Shown: piece after piece, positions 48,597 through 62,326 of the stretch
Layout of the letters: each line of letters opens with the position of its first letter
Numbering within the stretch: the stretch's first letter is position 1
Origin: Squalus acanthias
Taxonomy: Eukaryota
Length of the DNA stretch: 64,000 bases
NCBI GenBank assembly: GCA_030390025.1
Contig: JASTWF010000171.1
Coordinates: 806,001 to 870,000, forward strand
Direction: 5' to 3'
Notes under the pieces: generated by a model
The model's database searches: none
The model's input: the letters and a program-made list of their open reading frames with translations, nothing else
Told to the model about the DNA's origin: nothing
Translations under genes and position numbers: made by a program

Positions 48597-51500
48597 ATGA
48601 CAGATGTTAAGCTAACTGGTCTTAGCCCTTAGCAACCGGTCCCATGGCCCTTTAGCAACCGGTCCTCAGTCCTTTAGCAACCAGTCCCTTGGCCCTTAGC
48701 AACCGTTCCTCGGTCCTTAGCAACCGGTCCCTCAGTCCTTAGCAACAGGTCCCTTGGCCCTTTAGCAACCGGTCCCTTGGCCCTTTAGCAACCGGTCCCT
48801 CGGCCCTTTAGCAACCGGTCCTCAGTCCTTTAGCAACCAGTCCCTTGGCCCTTAGCAACCGTTCCTCGGTCCTTAGCAACCGGTCCCTCAGTCCTTAGCA
48901 ACCGGTCCCATGGCCCTTTAGCAACCGGTCCTCAGTCCTTTAGCAACCAGTCCCTTGGCCCTTAGCAACCGTTCCTCGGTCCTTAGCAACCGTTCCTCGG
49001 TCCTTAGCAACCGGTCCCTCAGTCCTTAGCAACAGGTCCCTTGGCCCTTTAGCAACCGGTCCCTTGGCCCTTTAGCAACCGGTCCCTTGGCCCTTTAGCA
49101 ACCGGTCCCTCGGCCCTTCAGCAACCGGTCCCTCGGCCCTTCAGCAACCGGTCCCTCGGCCCTTAGCAACCGGTCCCTCGGCCCTTCAGCAACCGGTCCC
49201 TTGGCCCTTTAGCAACTGGTCCCTCGGCCCTTTAGCAACCGGTCCTCGGTCCTTAGAAACCGGTCTCATGTCCCTTCGCAACCGGCCCCACGGTCCTTAG
49301 CAACCGGTCCCTCGGCCCTTAGCAACTGGTCCCTCGGTCCTTAGAAACCGGTCTCATGTCCCTTCGCAACCGGCCCCTCGGTCCTTAGCAACCGGTCCCA
49401 TGGCCCTTTAACAACTGGTCCCTCAGCCCTTTAGCAACCGATCCCTTGGCTCTTAGCAACCGGTCCTCGGTCCTTAGAAACAGTTCCCTTGGCCCTTCAG
49501 CAACTGGTCCCTTGGCTCTTAGCAACCGGTGCTCGGTCCTTAGAAACAAGTCCCTTGGCCCTTAGCAACCGATCCCATGGCCCTTTAGCAACCGGTCCCT
49601 CGGTCCTTAGCAACCGGTCCCTCGGTCCTTAGCAATCGGACTCATGGCTCTTTAGCAACCGGTCTCATGGACCCTTAGCAACCGGTCTCATGGCCCTTTA
49701 GCAACCGGTCTCATGGCCCTTTAGCAACCGGTCTCATGGCCCTGTAGCATCCGGTTCTCAGTCCTTAGCAACCGGTCCCATGCTCCTTTAGCCACCGGTC
49801 CCATGGCCCTTTAGCAACCGGTTCTCAGTCCTTAGCAACAGGTCTCTTGGCCCTTTACGAACCGAACCTTGGTCCTTAGCAACCGCTCCCTTGGTCCTTA
49901 GCAACCGCTCCCTCGGTCCTCAACAGTTACTTCATACCCGGGTGTCCCTGGAGATGGAGCACGCTGTGTCCACTGGTACACTTGAGCCCTTCCGTGACCG
50001 GTGGGCACAGGAGGGACTGGGCTTCTTCATTACCACCCGGAATCGTATTTTAAGTTGATTTATTACATTTGATTTAAGTTAGTTTAAGTTACAGTATATT
50101 GGTTGTGCCCCTTTAAGAAGGGGGCAATTGCTTCTGTTTTATTGGTGATGGCATCAACCAATCAATGTTATCAGCCAATAGAAATTAGCAACCGGTCCTC
50201 GGTCCTTAGCAACAGGTCCTTTGGCCCTTCGCAACCGGTCTCATGGCCCTTTAGTAACCGGTCCTCGGTCCTTAGCAACCAGTCCCATGGCCCTTAGCAA
50301 CCGGTCCCATGGCAATTTGCAACCGGTCCCACGGTCCTTAGCAACCGGTCCCTCGGTCCTTAGCAACCGGTCTCTTGGTCCTTAGCAACCGGTCCCTCGG
50401 TCCTTAGCAACCGGTCCCTCGGCCCTTCGCAACCGGTCCCTCGGCCCTTAGCAACCGGTCCCTCGGCACTTAGCAACCGGTCCCATGGCCCTTTAACAAC
50501 CGGTCCCTCGGCTCTTTAGCAACCGGTCCCTTGACTCTTAACAACCGGTCCTCGGTCCTTAGCAACCAGTTCCTCGGTCCTTAGCAACCGGTCCCTTGGT
50601 CCTTAGCAACCGCTCCCTCGGTCCTTAGCAACTGGTCCCATGACCCTTAGTAACCAGTCCCTCGGTTCTCAACAGTTACTTCATACCCGGGTGTCCCTGG
50701 AGATGGAGTACGCTGTGTCCACTGATACACTTGAGGCCTTCCGTGACCGGTGGGCACAGGAGGGACTGGACATCTTCATTACCACACAGAATCGTATTTT
50801 AAGTTGATTTATTACATTTCATTTAAGTTAGTTTAAGTTACAGTATAGGTTGTGCCCCTTTAAGAAGGGGGCACTTGCTTCTGTTTTATTGGTGATGGCA
50901 TCAGCCAATCAATGTTATCAACCAATAGGAATTAGCAACCAGTTCCTCGGTCCTTAGCAACCGGTCCCTCGGCCTTTTAGCAACCGGTCCCTCGACCCTT
51001 TAGCAACCGGTCCCTCGGCCCTTTAGCAGCCGGTCCCTCGGCCCTTTAGCAACCGGTCCCTCGGCCCTTTAGCAACCGGTCCTCGGTCCTTAGAAACCGG
51101 TCTCATGTCCCTTCGCAACCGGCCCCACGGTCCTTAGCAACCGGTCCCTCGGCCCTTAGCAACTGGTCCCTCGGTCCTTAGCAACCGGTCCCATGGCCCT
51201 TAGCAACCGGTCCCATGGCCCTTTAACAACTGGTCCCTCGGCCCTTTAGCAACCGATCCCTTGGCTCTTAGCAACCGGTGCTCGGTCCTTAGAAACAAGT
51301 CCCTTGGCCCTTAGCAACCGATCCCATGGCCCCTTAGCAACCGGTCGCATGGCCCCTTAGCAACCGATCCCATGGCCCTTTAGCAACCATGTCCATGGCC
51401 CTTTAGCAACCGGTCCCACGGTCCTTAGCAACCGGTCCCTCGGTCCTTAGCAACCGGTCTCTTGGTCCTTAGCAACCGGTCCCTCGGTCCTTAGCAACCG

Positions 51501-54469
51501 GTCCCTCGGCCCTTCGCAACCGGTCCCTCGGCCCTTAGCAACCGGTCCCTCGGCACTTAGCAACCGGTCCCTCGGCACTTAGCAACCGGTCCCATGGCCC
51601 TTTAACAACCGGTCCCTCGGCTCTTTAGCAACCGGTCCCTTGACTCTTAACAACCGGTCCTCGGTCCTTAGCAACCGGTCACTCAGCCCTTAGTAACCGG
51701 TCCCATGGCCCTTAGTAACCGGTCCCATGGCCCTTTAGCAACCGGTCCCTTGGCCCCTTAGCAACGGGTCCTCGGTCCTTAGAAACAAGTCCCTTGGCCC
51801 TTAGCAACCGATCCCATGGCCCTTTAGCAATCGGTCTTCAGTCCTTAGCAACCGCTCCCTTGGTCCTTAGCAACCGGTCCCTTGGTCCTTAGTAACCAGT
51901 CCCTCGGTTCTCAACAGTTACTTCATACCCGGGTGTCCCTGGAGATGGAGCACGCTGTGTCCACTGGTACACTTGAGCCCTTCCGTGACTGGTGGGCACC
52001 GGAGGGACTGGACTTCTTCATTACCACCCGGAATCGTATTTTAAGTTGATTTATTACATTTGATTTAAGTTAGTTTAAGTTACAGTATATTGGTTGTGCC
52101 CCTTTAAGAAGGGGGCAATTGCTTCTGTTTTATTGGTGATGGCATCAACCAATCAATGTTATCAGCCAATAGAAATTAGCAACCGGTCCTCGGTCCTTAG
52201 CAACAGGTCCTTTGGCCCTTCGCAACCGGTCTCATGGCCCTTTAGAAACCGGTCCTCGGCCCTTAGCAACCAGTCCCATGGCCCTTAGCAACCGGTCCCA
52301 TGGCAATTTGCAACCGGTCCCACGGTCCTTAGCAACCGGTCCCTCGGTCCTTAGCAACCGGTCCCTCGGTCCTTAGCAACCGGTCCCTCGGCCCTTCGCA
52401 ACCGGTCCCTCGGCCCTTAGCAACCGGTCCCTCGGCACTTAGCAACCGGTCCCTCGGCACTTAGCAACCGGTCCCATGGCCCTTTAACAACCGGTCCCTC
52501 GGCTCTTTAGCAACCGGTCCCTTGACTCTTAACAACCGGTCCTCGGTCCTTAGCAACCGGTCACTCAGCCCTTAGTAACCGGTCCCATGGCCCTTAGTAA
52601 CCGGTCCCATGGCCCTTTAGCAACCGGTCCCTTGGCCCCTTAGCAACGGGTCCTCGGTCCTTAGAAACAAGTCCCTTGGCCCTTAGCAACCGATCCCATG
52701 GCCCTTTAGCAATCGGTCTTCAGTCCTTAGCAACCGGTCCCTCGGTCCTTAGCAACTGGTCCCATGGTCCTTAGCAACCGGTCCCTCGGTCCTCAACAGT
52801 TACTTCATACCCGGGTGTCCCTGGAGATGGAACACGCGGTGTCCACTGGTACACTTGAGGTCTTCCGTGACTGGTGGGCACCGGAGGGACTGGACTTCTT
52901 CATTACCACCCGGAATCGTATTTTAAGTTGATTTATTACATTTGATTTAAGTTAGTTTAAGTTACAGCATATTGGGTGTGCCCCTTTAAGAAGGGGGCAC
53001 TTGCTTCTGTTTTATTGGTGATGGCATCAACCAATCAATGTTATCAACCAATAGGAATTGGCAACCGGTCCTCGGTCCTTAGCAACAGGTCCTTTGGCCC
53101 TTAGCAACCGGTCCCATGGCCCTTTAGCAACCGGTCCCATGGCCCTTCAGCAACAGGTCCCTCGGCCCTTTAGCAACCGGTTCTCAGTCCTTAGCAACAG
53201 GTCTCTTGGCCCTTTAGCAACCGCTCCCTTGGTCCTTAGCAACCGCTCCCTTGGTCCTTAGCAACCGCTCCCTTGGTCCTTAGCAACCGGTCCCTCGGTC
53301 CTCAACAGTTACTTCATACCCGGGTGTCCCTGGAGATGGAGCACGCTGTGTCCACTGGTACACTTGAGCCCTTCCATGACCGGTGGGCACAGGAGGGACT
53401 GGACTTCTTCATTACCACCCGGAATCGTATTTTAATTTGATTTAAGTTCGTTTAATTTGCCGTATATTGGTTGTGCCCCTTTAAGAAGGGGGCAATTGCT
53501 TCTGTTTTATTGGTGATGGCAGCAACCAATCAATGTTATCAACCAGTAGAAATTAGCAACCGGTCCTCGGTCCTTAGCAACAGGTCCTTTGGCCCTTCGC
53601 AACCGGTCTCATGGCCCTTTAGTAACCGGTCCTCGGTCCTCGGTCCTCAGCAACTGGTCCCTTGGTCCTTCACAACCGGTCCCACGGTCATTAGCAACCG
53701 GTCCCTCGGTCCTTAGTAACCTGTCCCTCGGTCCTTAGCAGCCGGTCCCTCGGTCCTTCGCAACCGATCCCTTGGCCCTTGGCAGCCGGTCCCTCGGCCC
53801 TTAGCAACCGGTCCCTCGACACTTAGCAACCGGTCCCACAGCCTTTAGCAACTGGTCCCTCGGCCCATAGCAACCGGTCCCTCAGCGCTTAGCAACCGGT
53901 GCCACACCCTCAGCAACCGGTGCCACGCCCTCAGCAACCGGTGCCACGCCCTCAGCAACCGGTGCCACGGCCCTTAGCAACCGGTGCCACGGCCCTTAGC
54001 AACCGGTTCCACGGCCCTTAGCAACCTGTCCCTTGGCCCTTAGCAACCGGTCCCATGGCATTTTGCAACCGGTCGCTCGGTCTTTAGCAACCGGTGCCAC
54101 GGCCCTTAGCAACCGGTCCTCGGTCCTTAGCAACAGGTCCTCGGCCCTTAGCAACCTGTCCCTTGGCCCTTAGCAACCGGTCCCATGGCATTTTGCAACC
54201 GGTCCCACGCCCCTTAGCAACCTGTCCCACGGCCCTTAGCCACCGGTGCTCAACCCTTAGCAACCGGTGGCACGGCCTTTAGCAACAGGTGCCACGGCCC
54301 TTAGTAACCGGTCCCTTGTCTCTCAGCCGCCGGTGCCCAGGCACTGAATTAATTTTTTTAATTTCTCTTGCCCAGGCTGGATGGGAAGTGGGACCCTGTT
54401 GGGTGAATTGTGTGTCGCTTCGGAGCTGAATCAATGACGGTTGGAGATCCTGCGACCAAGCACCGCCCC

Positions 54470-57400
54470 CCTCCCCTTCACCGCCCACAGCACTGACAGA
54501 CAGCGGGCTGTCCTCCTCCCCTTCACCGCCCACAGCACTGACAGACAGCAGGCTGTCCTCCTCCCCTTCACCGCCCACAGCACTGACAGACAGCGGGCTG
54601 TCCTCCTCCCCTTCACCGCCCACAACACTGACAGACAGCGGGCTGTCCTCCTCCCCTTCACCGCTCACAACACTGACTGAAAGCGGGCTGTCCTCCTCCC
54701 CTTCACCGCCCACAACACTGACAGACAGCGGGCTGTCCTCCTCCCCTTCACCGCCCACAGCACTGACAGACAGCGGGCTGTCCTCCTCCCCTTCACCATC
54801 CACAACACTGACTGACAGCGGGCTGTCCTCCTCCCCTTCACCATCCACAGCACTGACAGACAGCGGGCTGTCCTCCTCCCCTTCACCGCCCACAGCACTG
54901 ACAGACAGCGGGCTGTCCTCCTCCCCTTCACCGCCCACAGCACTGACTGACAGCGGGCTGTCCTCCTCCCCTTCACCGCCCACAGCACTGACTGAAAGCG
55001 GGCTGTCCTCCTCCCCTTCACCGCCCACAACACTGACAGACAGCGGGCTGTCCTCCTCCCCTTCACCGCCCACAACACTGACTGAAAGCGGGCTGTCCCC
55101 CTCCCCTTCACCGCCCACAACACTGACAGACAGCGGGCTGTCCCCCTCCCCTTCACCGCCCACAACACTGACAGACAGCGGGCTGTCCTCCTCCCCTTCA
55201 CCGCCCACAGCACTGACAGACAGCGGGCTGTCCTCCTCCCCTTCACCGCCCACAACACTGACAGACAGCGGGCTGTCCTCCTCCCCTTCACCGCCCACAA
55301 CACTGACAGACAGCGGGCTGTCCTCCTCCCCTTCACCGCCCACAGCACTGACAGACAGCGGGCTGTCCTCCTCCCCTTCACCGCCCACAACACTGACAGA
55401 CAGCGGGCTGTCCTCCTCCCCTTCACCACCCACAACACTGACAGACAGTGGGCTGTCCTCCTCCCCTTCACCGCCCACAACACTGACTGAAAGCGGGCTG
55501 TCCCCCTCCCCTTCACCGCCCACAGCACTGACAGACAGCGGGCTGTCCTCCTCCCCTTCACCGCCCACAACACTGACAGAAAGCGGGCTGTCCTCCTCCC
55601 CTTCACCGCCCACAACACTGACAGACAGCGGGCTTTCCTCCTCCCCTTCACCGCCCACAACACTGACTGAAAGCGGGCTTTCCTCCTCCCCTTCACCGCC
55701 CACAGCACTGACAGACAGCGGGCTGTCCTGCTCCCCTTCACCGCCCACAACACTGACTGAAAGCGGGCTGTCCTGCTCCCCTTCACCGCCCACAACACTG
55801 ACAGACAGCGGGCTGTCCTCCTCCCCTTCACCGCCCACAACACTGACAGACAGCGGGCTGTCCACCTCCCCTTCACCGCCCACAGCACTGACTGAAAGCG
55901 GGCTGTCCTCCTCCCCTTCACCGCCCACAGCACTGACTGAAAGCGGGCTGTCCTCCTCCCCTTCACCGCCCACAGCACTGACTGAAAGCGGGCTGTCCTT
56001 CTCCCCTTCACCGCCCACAACACTGACAGACAGCGGGCTTTCCTCCTCCCCTTCACCGCCCACAACACTGACAGACAGCGGGCTGTCCTCCTCCCCTTCA
56101 CCGCCCACAGCACTGACAGACAGCGGGCTGTCCTCCTCCCCTTCACCGCCCACAGCACTGACAGACAGCGGGCTGTCCTCCTCCCCTTCACCATCCACAA
56201 CACTGACAGACAGCGGGCTGTCCTCCTCCCCTTCACCGCCCACAACACTGACTGAAAGCGGGCTGTCCTCCTCCCCTTCACCGCTCACAGCACTGACAGA
56301 CAGCGGGCTGTCCTCCTCCCCTTCACCGCCCACAACACTGACAGACAGCGGGCTGTCCACCTCCCCTTCACCGCCCACAGCACTGACTGAAAGCGGGCTG
56401 TCCTCCTCCCCTTCACCGCCCACAGCACTGACTGAAAGCGGGCTGTCCTCCTCCCCTTCACCGCCCACAGCACTGACTGAAAGCGGGCTGTCCTCCTCCC
56501 CTTCACCGCCCACAGCACTGACAGACAGCGGGATGTCCTCCTCCCCTTCACCATCCACAACACTGACAGACAGCGGGCTATCCTCCTCCCCTTCACCGCC
56601 CACAACACTGACTGAAAGCGGGCTGTCCTCCTCCCCTTCACCACCCACAGCACTGACAGACAGCGGGCTGTCCTCCTCCCCTTCACCGCCCACAGCACTG
56701 ACTGAAAGCGGGCTTTCCTCCTCCCCTTCACCGCCCACAGCACTGACAGACAGCGGGCTTTCCTCCTCCCCTTCACCGCCCACAACACTGACTGAAAGCG
56801 GGCTGTCCTCCTCCCCTTCACCGCCCACAGCACTGACAGACAGCGGGCTGTCCTCCTCCCCTTCACCGCCCACAACACTGACAGACAGCGGGCTGTCCTC
56901 CTCCCCTTCACCGCCCACAACACTGACTGACAGCGGGCTGTCCTCCTCCCCTTCACCGCCCACAACACTGACAGACAGCGGGCTGTCCTCCTCCCCTTCA
57001 CCGCCCACAACACTGACTGACAGCGGGCTGTCCTCCTCCCCTTCACCGCCCACAGCACTGACAGACAGCGGGCTGTCCTCCTCCCCTTCACCGCCCACAA
57101 CACTGACTGAAAGCGGGCTGTCCTCCTCCCCTTCACCGCCCACAACACTGACTGACAGCGGGCTGTCCTCCTCCCCTTCACCGCCCACAACACTGACTGA
57201 AAGCGGGCTGTCCTCCTCCCCTTCACCGCCCACAACACTGACTGACAGCGGGCTGTCCTCCTCCCCTTCACCGCCCACAACACTGACTGACAGCGGGCTG
57301 TCCTCCTCCCCTTCACCGCCCACAGCACTGACTGAAAGCGGGCTGTCCTCCTCCCCTTCACCGCCCACAACACTGACTGAAAGCGGGCTGTCCTCCTCCC

Positions 57401-58481
57401 CTTCACCGCCCACAGCACTGACAGACAGCGGGCTGTCCTCCTCCCCTTCACCGCCCACAGCACTGACAGACAGCGGGCTGTCCTCCTCCCCTTCACCGCC
57501 CACAACACTGACAGACAGCGGGCTGTCCTCCTCCCCTTCACCGCCCACAACACTGACAGACAGCGGGCTGTCCCCCTCCCCTTCACCACCCACAACACTG
57601 ACAGACAGCGGGCTGTCCTCCTCCCCTTCACCGCCCACAGCACTGACAGACAGCGGGCTTTCCTCCTCCCCTTCACCGCCCACAGCACTGACAGACAGCG
57701 GGCTGTCCTCCTCCCCTTCACCGCCCACAGCACTGACAGACAGCGGGCTGTCCTCCTCCCCTTCACCGCCCACAACACTGACAGACAGCGGGCTGTCCTC
57801 CTCCCCTTCACCGCTCACAACACTGACAGACAGCGGGCTGTCCTCCTCCCCTTCACCGCACACAGCACTGACAGACAGCGGGCTGTCCTCCTCCCCTTCA
57901 CCGCCCACAACACTGACAGACAGCGGGCTGTCCTCCTCCCCTTCACCGCCCACAGCACTGACAGACAGCGGGCTGTCCTCCTCCCCTTCACCGCCCACAA
58001 CACTGACAGACAGCGGGCTGTCCTTCTCCCCTTCACCGCCCACAGCACTGACTGAAAGCGGGCTGTCCTCCTCCCCTTCACCGCCCACAACACTGACAGA
58101 CAGCGGGCTGTCCTCCTCCCCTTCACCGCCCACAACACTGACTGACAGCGGGCTTTCCTCCTCCCCTTCACCGCCCACAACACTGACAGACAGCGGGCTG
58201 TCCTCCTCCCCTTCACCGCCCACAACACTGACAGACAGCGGGCTGTCCTCCTCCCCTTCACCGCCCACAACACTGACAGACAGCGGGCTGTCCTCCTCCC
58301 CTTCACCGCCCACAACACTGACTGAAAGCGGGCTGTCCTCCTCCCCTTCACCGCCCACAGCACTGACAGACAGCGGGCTTTCCTCCTCCCCTTCACCGCT
58401 CACAGCACTGACAGACAGCGGGCTGTCCTTCTCCCCTTCACCGCCCACAACACTGACAGACAGCGGGCTGTCCTTCTCCAG
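54470..58481. repeat. 45-bp minisatellite (cactgacagacagcgggctgtcctcctccccttcaccgcccaca[g/a])
   Basis: About 89 highly homogeneous copies with no visible indels. Confidence 0.97.
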
Positions 58482-58599
58482 TCTTGTCGAGAAATCCCAT
58501 CACAAACAGCAGCCAGACCAGGTAGGGTCGGCAGTTTCCCTTCCCTGAAGCACCTCAGTTAGTTTTTACAGCAAGCATTCACAATGATGATAGAATAGT

Positions 58600-59095
58600 G
58601 GCGAAGTTATATCCAGCAGGATTAATTGAACAGACTGGGTCTCTTTTCTTGAGAAAAGGGTAGATTGAGGGGTGACCTGATTGGTGTCTTTAAAATGATG
58701 AAGTGGTTCAATAGGGTAGAGGTAGAGAAGATGTTTCCACTAGTGGGGAAAGTCCAAAACTAGAGACCATAAATATAAAGAAGGAACTTGCATTTGTACA
58801 ACACCTTTCACAACCTCGGAACATCCCAAAGCTCTTTACAGCCAATGAAATACTTGCTATGTGAAGTGTAGTGACTGCTGTAATATAGAAACTATTAATT
58901 TAAGGTAGTCACTAATAAATCCAATAGGGAATTCAGGAGAAACTTATGGTGAGAATGTGGAACTCACTACCACAGGGAGTGGTTGAGGCAACTGGCATAG
59001 ATGGATTTAAGGGGAAGCTGGATAAGCACATGAGGGAGAAAGGAATAGAAGGATATGTTGATGGGTTTAGATGAAGAGAGATGGAAGGAGGCTCA
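58600..59095 (+). mobile_element. CR1 3' fragment with an embedded Deu-SINE tail piece
   Basis: RLRGDL-type region and gtgagaatgtggaactcactacc; acatcccaaagctctttacagcc tail. Confidence 0.7.
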
Positions 59096-59545
59096 TAGAA
59101 ACATAGAAACTAGGAGCAGGAGTAGGCCATTCGGCCCGTCGAGCCTGCTCCACCATTCAATACGATCATGGCTGATCATCCAAATCCAGTACCCTGTCCC
59201 TGCTTTCTCACACAGAATCCCCATCGAGCCTGCACCGACACATATCCCACCCTATCCCCGTAACCCCACGTATTTAATTCCCCCTAACATATCCCTTCCT
59301 ATCCTATCCCCGTAACCCCACATATTTAATCCCCCCTAACACTAAGGGTCAATTTATCATAGCCAAATCAACCTAACCCGCACATTTTTGGACTGTGGGA
59401 GGAAACCGGAGCACCCGGAGGAAACCCACGCAGACACGGGGAGAATGTGCAAACTCCACACAGACAGTCACCCGAGGCCGGATTCGAACCCGGGTCCCTG
59501 GCGCTGTGAGGCACCAGTGCTAACCACTATGCCACCGTGTTGCCC
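59095..59545 (-). mobile_element. HE1-like V-SINE with CR1-derived tail
   Basis: tRNA-like head ggtggcatagtggttagcactg...ggttcgaatcc and V-domain gtgggtttcctccgggtgctccggtttcctcccacagtcc. Confidence 0.85.
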
Positions 59546-59859
59546 ACTCGTGTGGAGCCTAAACACCAACATGGACCAGTTGGGCCGAATGGCCTGTTTC
59601 TGTGCCGTACATTGTATGTGAGCCGACAGATAACATGAGTGTTGTTGCTTGTGCAGCCCACCAGATTTATTCAGCTCAATGGGATTTGAGCTCACAACCT
59701 CTGGGTTACTTGTCCTGGACCAGAACCAGGTCATTCCTGTACCTGGGAACCATCGGAGAGGCCTCCACGATCACGACACAGCAAATCCTTTCAAACAGGG
59801 GCGGTGCCTTCAAATTCTGCCCAGTGCCTGATTCATCCAGTGGAGTGTGAAGGATGATC

Positions 59860-60190
59860 CTTTATTAGAATCTCACAGCACAGTAGGAGGCCATTCGGCC
59901 CATCATGCCTGTGCTGGCTCTTTGAAAGAACGATCGAATAAATCCCACTCCTCCCTGCTCTTATCCCAGAGCCCTGCAAATATTTCCCCTTCAAGTATTT
60001 ATCCAATTCCCTTTTGAAAGTTAATACTGAATCTGCTTCCACCGCCCTTTCAAGCAATGCATTCCAGATCACAGCAGCTCAATATGTGAGAACATTTCTC
60101 TTCATCTCCCCTCTGGTTCTTTTGCCAATGACCTTAAATCTGTGTCCTCTGAAAACAGATTCTCCCGATCTACTCTATCAAAACCTTTAG
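59860..60190 (-). mobile_element. CR1 3' fragment
   Basis: IWNALLERAVEA...FKRELDKYL. Confidence 0.75.
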
Positions 60191-60975
60191 AAGGCTGACG
60201 GTCATCTCTTAATTTATCAGCTCTCTCTTCGCTCCCTGCACTCTGTTGCTTGGCAATTCTTCAGAGAACCCAAATTGTGGTGGGCAGTTGTGGAGTGGGC
60301 ATTGGGCACCGGGCGTCTCCAGTGCCACCAGCCTTCTCCTGCCCCTCTCCCGATGGTGATGGGGAATGGGTTCCACCAGCATCCAGCGCCCTTTGGCAAG
60401 TGAACCGAAGTGGCCCTTTCTGGACACGCTATTGGTCCAAAGGTTGATCCTGGGGACCTGTTGCAGGGCTCCAGGTCAAGGGCTTCCATCTTAGGGGACA
60501 AGTTATGAGGATGGTAGCGGACTTTAGTTCCCCAGGTATCCTGCAGTGATCTAGCAAGTTTTGAGGAGGAGGGCTGGAATGAATGTCGATACTGAAATGG
60601 TTGCTCTCATGTTTACCTGTCCCGGTGAACAGGATCTGAATGAATCGAGTGGCCTGGGTTGTGGTCCCAGGTTGCTCATCAATATGTGAGGATTTGCATC
60701 AGCTGAACAAAGGCTCGCTGTCCCACACGCACAAGGAAACAAAACGACTCCAACTCCAACATCAAATATTCAAATCCACTCGCACTCCTCTGACATTTCA
60801 GTATCATTCCCAGCTCCGCTCACTGGCTTCACTCTTTCCTCTCTGAACCAGGAGACTTCATCCAATAATCCAGGCCCACACTCCCGGTGCCAGTACTGAG
60901 GGGGCGCTGCACTGTCGGAGGTAGATGTTTACACTCTAGTACTTGAGCCTATAATCCAGGCCGACACTGCCAGTG

Positions 60976-62325
60976 CCAGTCTCTTGTCTCTCAGCCACCA
61001 GTCTCTTGTCTCTCAGCCACCAGTCTCTTGTCTCTCAGCCACCAGTCTCTTGTCTCTCAGCCACCAGTCCCTTGTCTCTCAGCCACCAGTCTCTTGTCTC
61101 TCAGCCACCAGTCTCTTGTCTCTCAGCCACCAGTCTCTTGTCTCTCAGCCACCAGCCCCTTGTCTCTCAGCCACCAGTCCCTTGTCTCTCAGCCACCAGT
61201 CTCTTGTCTCTCAGCCACCAGTCTCTTGTCTCTCAGCCACCAGTCTCTTGTCTCTCAGCCACCAGTCCCATGGCCCTCAGCCACCAGTCTCTTGTCTCTC
61301 AGCCACCAGTCCCTTGTCTCTCAGCCACCAGTCCCTTGTCTCTCAGCCACCAGTCTCTTGTCTCTCAGCCACCAGTCTCTTGTCTCTCAGCCACCAGTTC
61401 CTTGTCTCTCAGCCACCAGTCTCTTGTCTCCCAGCCACCAGTCCCTTGTCTCTCAGCCACCAGTCCCTTGTCTCTCAGCCACCAGTCTCTTGTCTCTCAG
61501 CCACCAGTCCCTTGTCTCTCAGCCACCAGTCTCTTGTCTCTCAGCCACCAGTCTCTTGTCTCTCAGCCACCAGTCCCTTGTCTCTCAGCCACCAGTCCCT
61601 TGTCTCTCAGCCACCAGTCCCTTGTCTCTCAGCCACCAGTCTCTTGTCTCTCAGCCACCAGTCTCTTGTCTCTCAGCCACCAGTCTCTTGTCTCTCAGCC
61701 ACCAGTCTCTTGTCTCTCAGCCACCAGTCCCTTGTCTCTCAGCCACCAGTCTCTTGTCTCTCAGCCACCAGTCTCTTGTCTCTCAGCCACCAGTCTCTTG
61801 TCTCTCAGCCACCAGTCTCTTGTCTCTCAGCCACCAGTCCCTTGTCTCTCAGCCACCAGTCTCTTGTCTCTCAGCCACCAGTCCCTTGTCCCTCAGCCAC
61901 CAGTCTCTTGTCTCTCAGCCACCAGTCTCTTGTCTCTCAGCCACCAGTCTCTTGTCTCTCAGCCACCAGTCTCTTGTCTCTCAGCCACCAGTCTCTTGTC
62001 TCTCAGCCACCAGTCCCTTGTCTCTCAGCCACCAGTCCCTTGTCTCTCAGCCACCAGTCTATTCTCTCTCAGCCACCAGTCTCTTGTCTCTCAGCCACCA
62101 GTCCCATGGCCCCACAGCCACCAGTCCCTTGTCTCTCAGCCACCAGTCCCTTGTCTCTCAGCCACCAGTCTCTTGTCCCTCAGCCACCAGTCTCTTGTCC
62201 CTCAGCCACCAGTCCCTTGTCCCTCAGCCACCAGTCTCTTGTCTCTCAGCCACCAGTCTCTTGTCTCTCAGCCACCAGTCCCTTGTCTCTCAGCTACCAG
62301 TCCCATGGCCCTTAGCTACCAGTCC
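60976..62325. repeat. 22-bp minisatellite (ccagtctcttgtctctcagcca), variant of the TAGCAAC satellite
   Basis: About 61 copies. Confidence 0.95.
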
Positions 62326-62326
62326 C

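Larger units (their letters stand above)
40565..54330. repeat. 20-23-bp satellite (cccttagcaaccggtccc[tc/at/tt]gg) with an interspersed ~260-bp module, forming a higher-order repeat; interrupted by two CR1 insertions
   Basis: Several hundred TAGCAAC-containing units; module copies start near 41686, 42254, 43065, 47549 (truncated), 49924, 50673, 51915, 52797, 53306. Confidence 0.95.

Noticed and set aside
40565-54330. CRISPR-like repeat/spacer appearance
   Set aside because: Eukaryotic context, no unique spacers and no cas genes; the interspersed modules are copies of each other.
54279-58448. 1389-aa minus-strand ORF (GGEGEEDSPLSVSVV)n
   Set aside because: It arises from a stop-free 45-bp repeat that is open in several frames on both strands, with a non-ATG start and no unique domain.
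59470-59545. tRNA-like A/B box sequences (also ~6450-6520 and ~21380-21600)
   Set aside because: They are SINE heads fused to V, Deu or LF cores, not complete tRNA genes.
60200-60870. Unique-looking segment with short ORFs
   Set aside because: No recognisable motif or convincing splice pattern; left unannotated.
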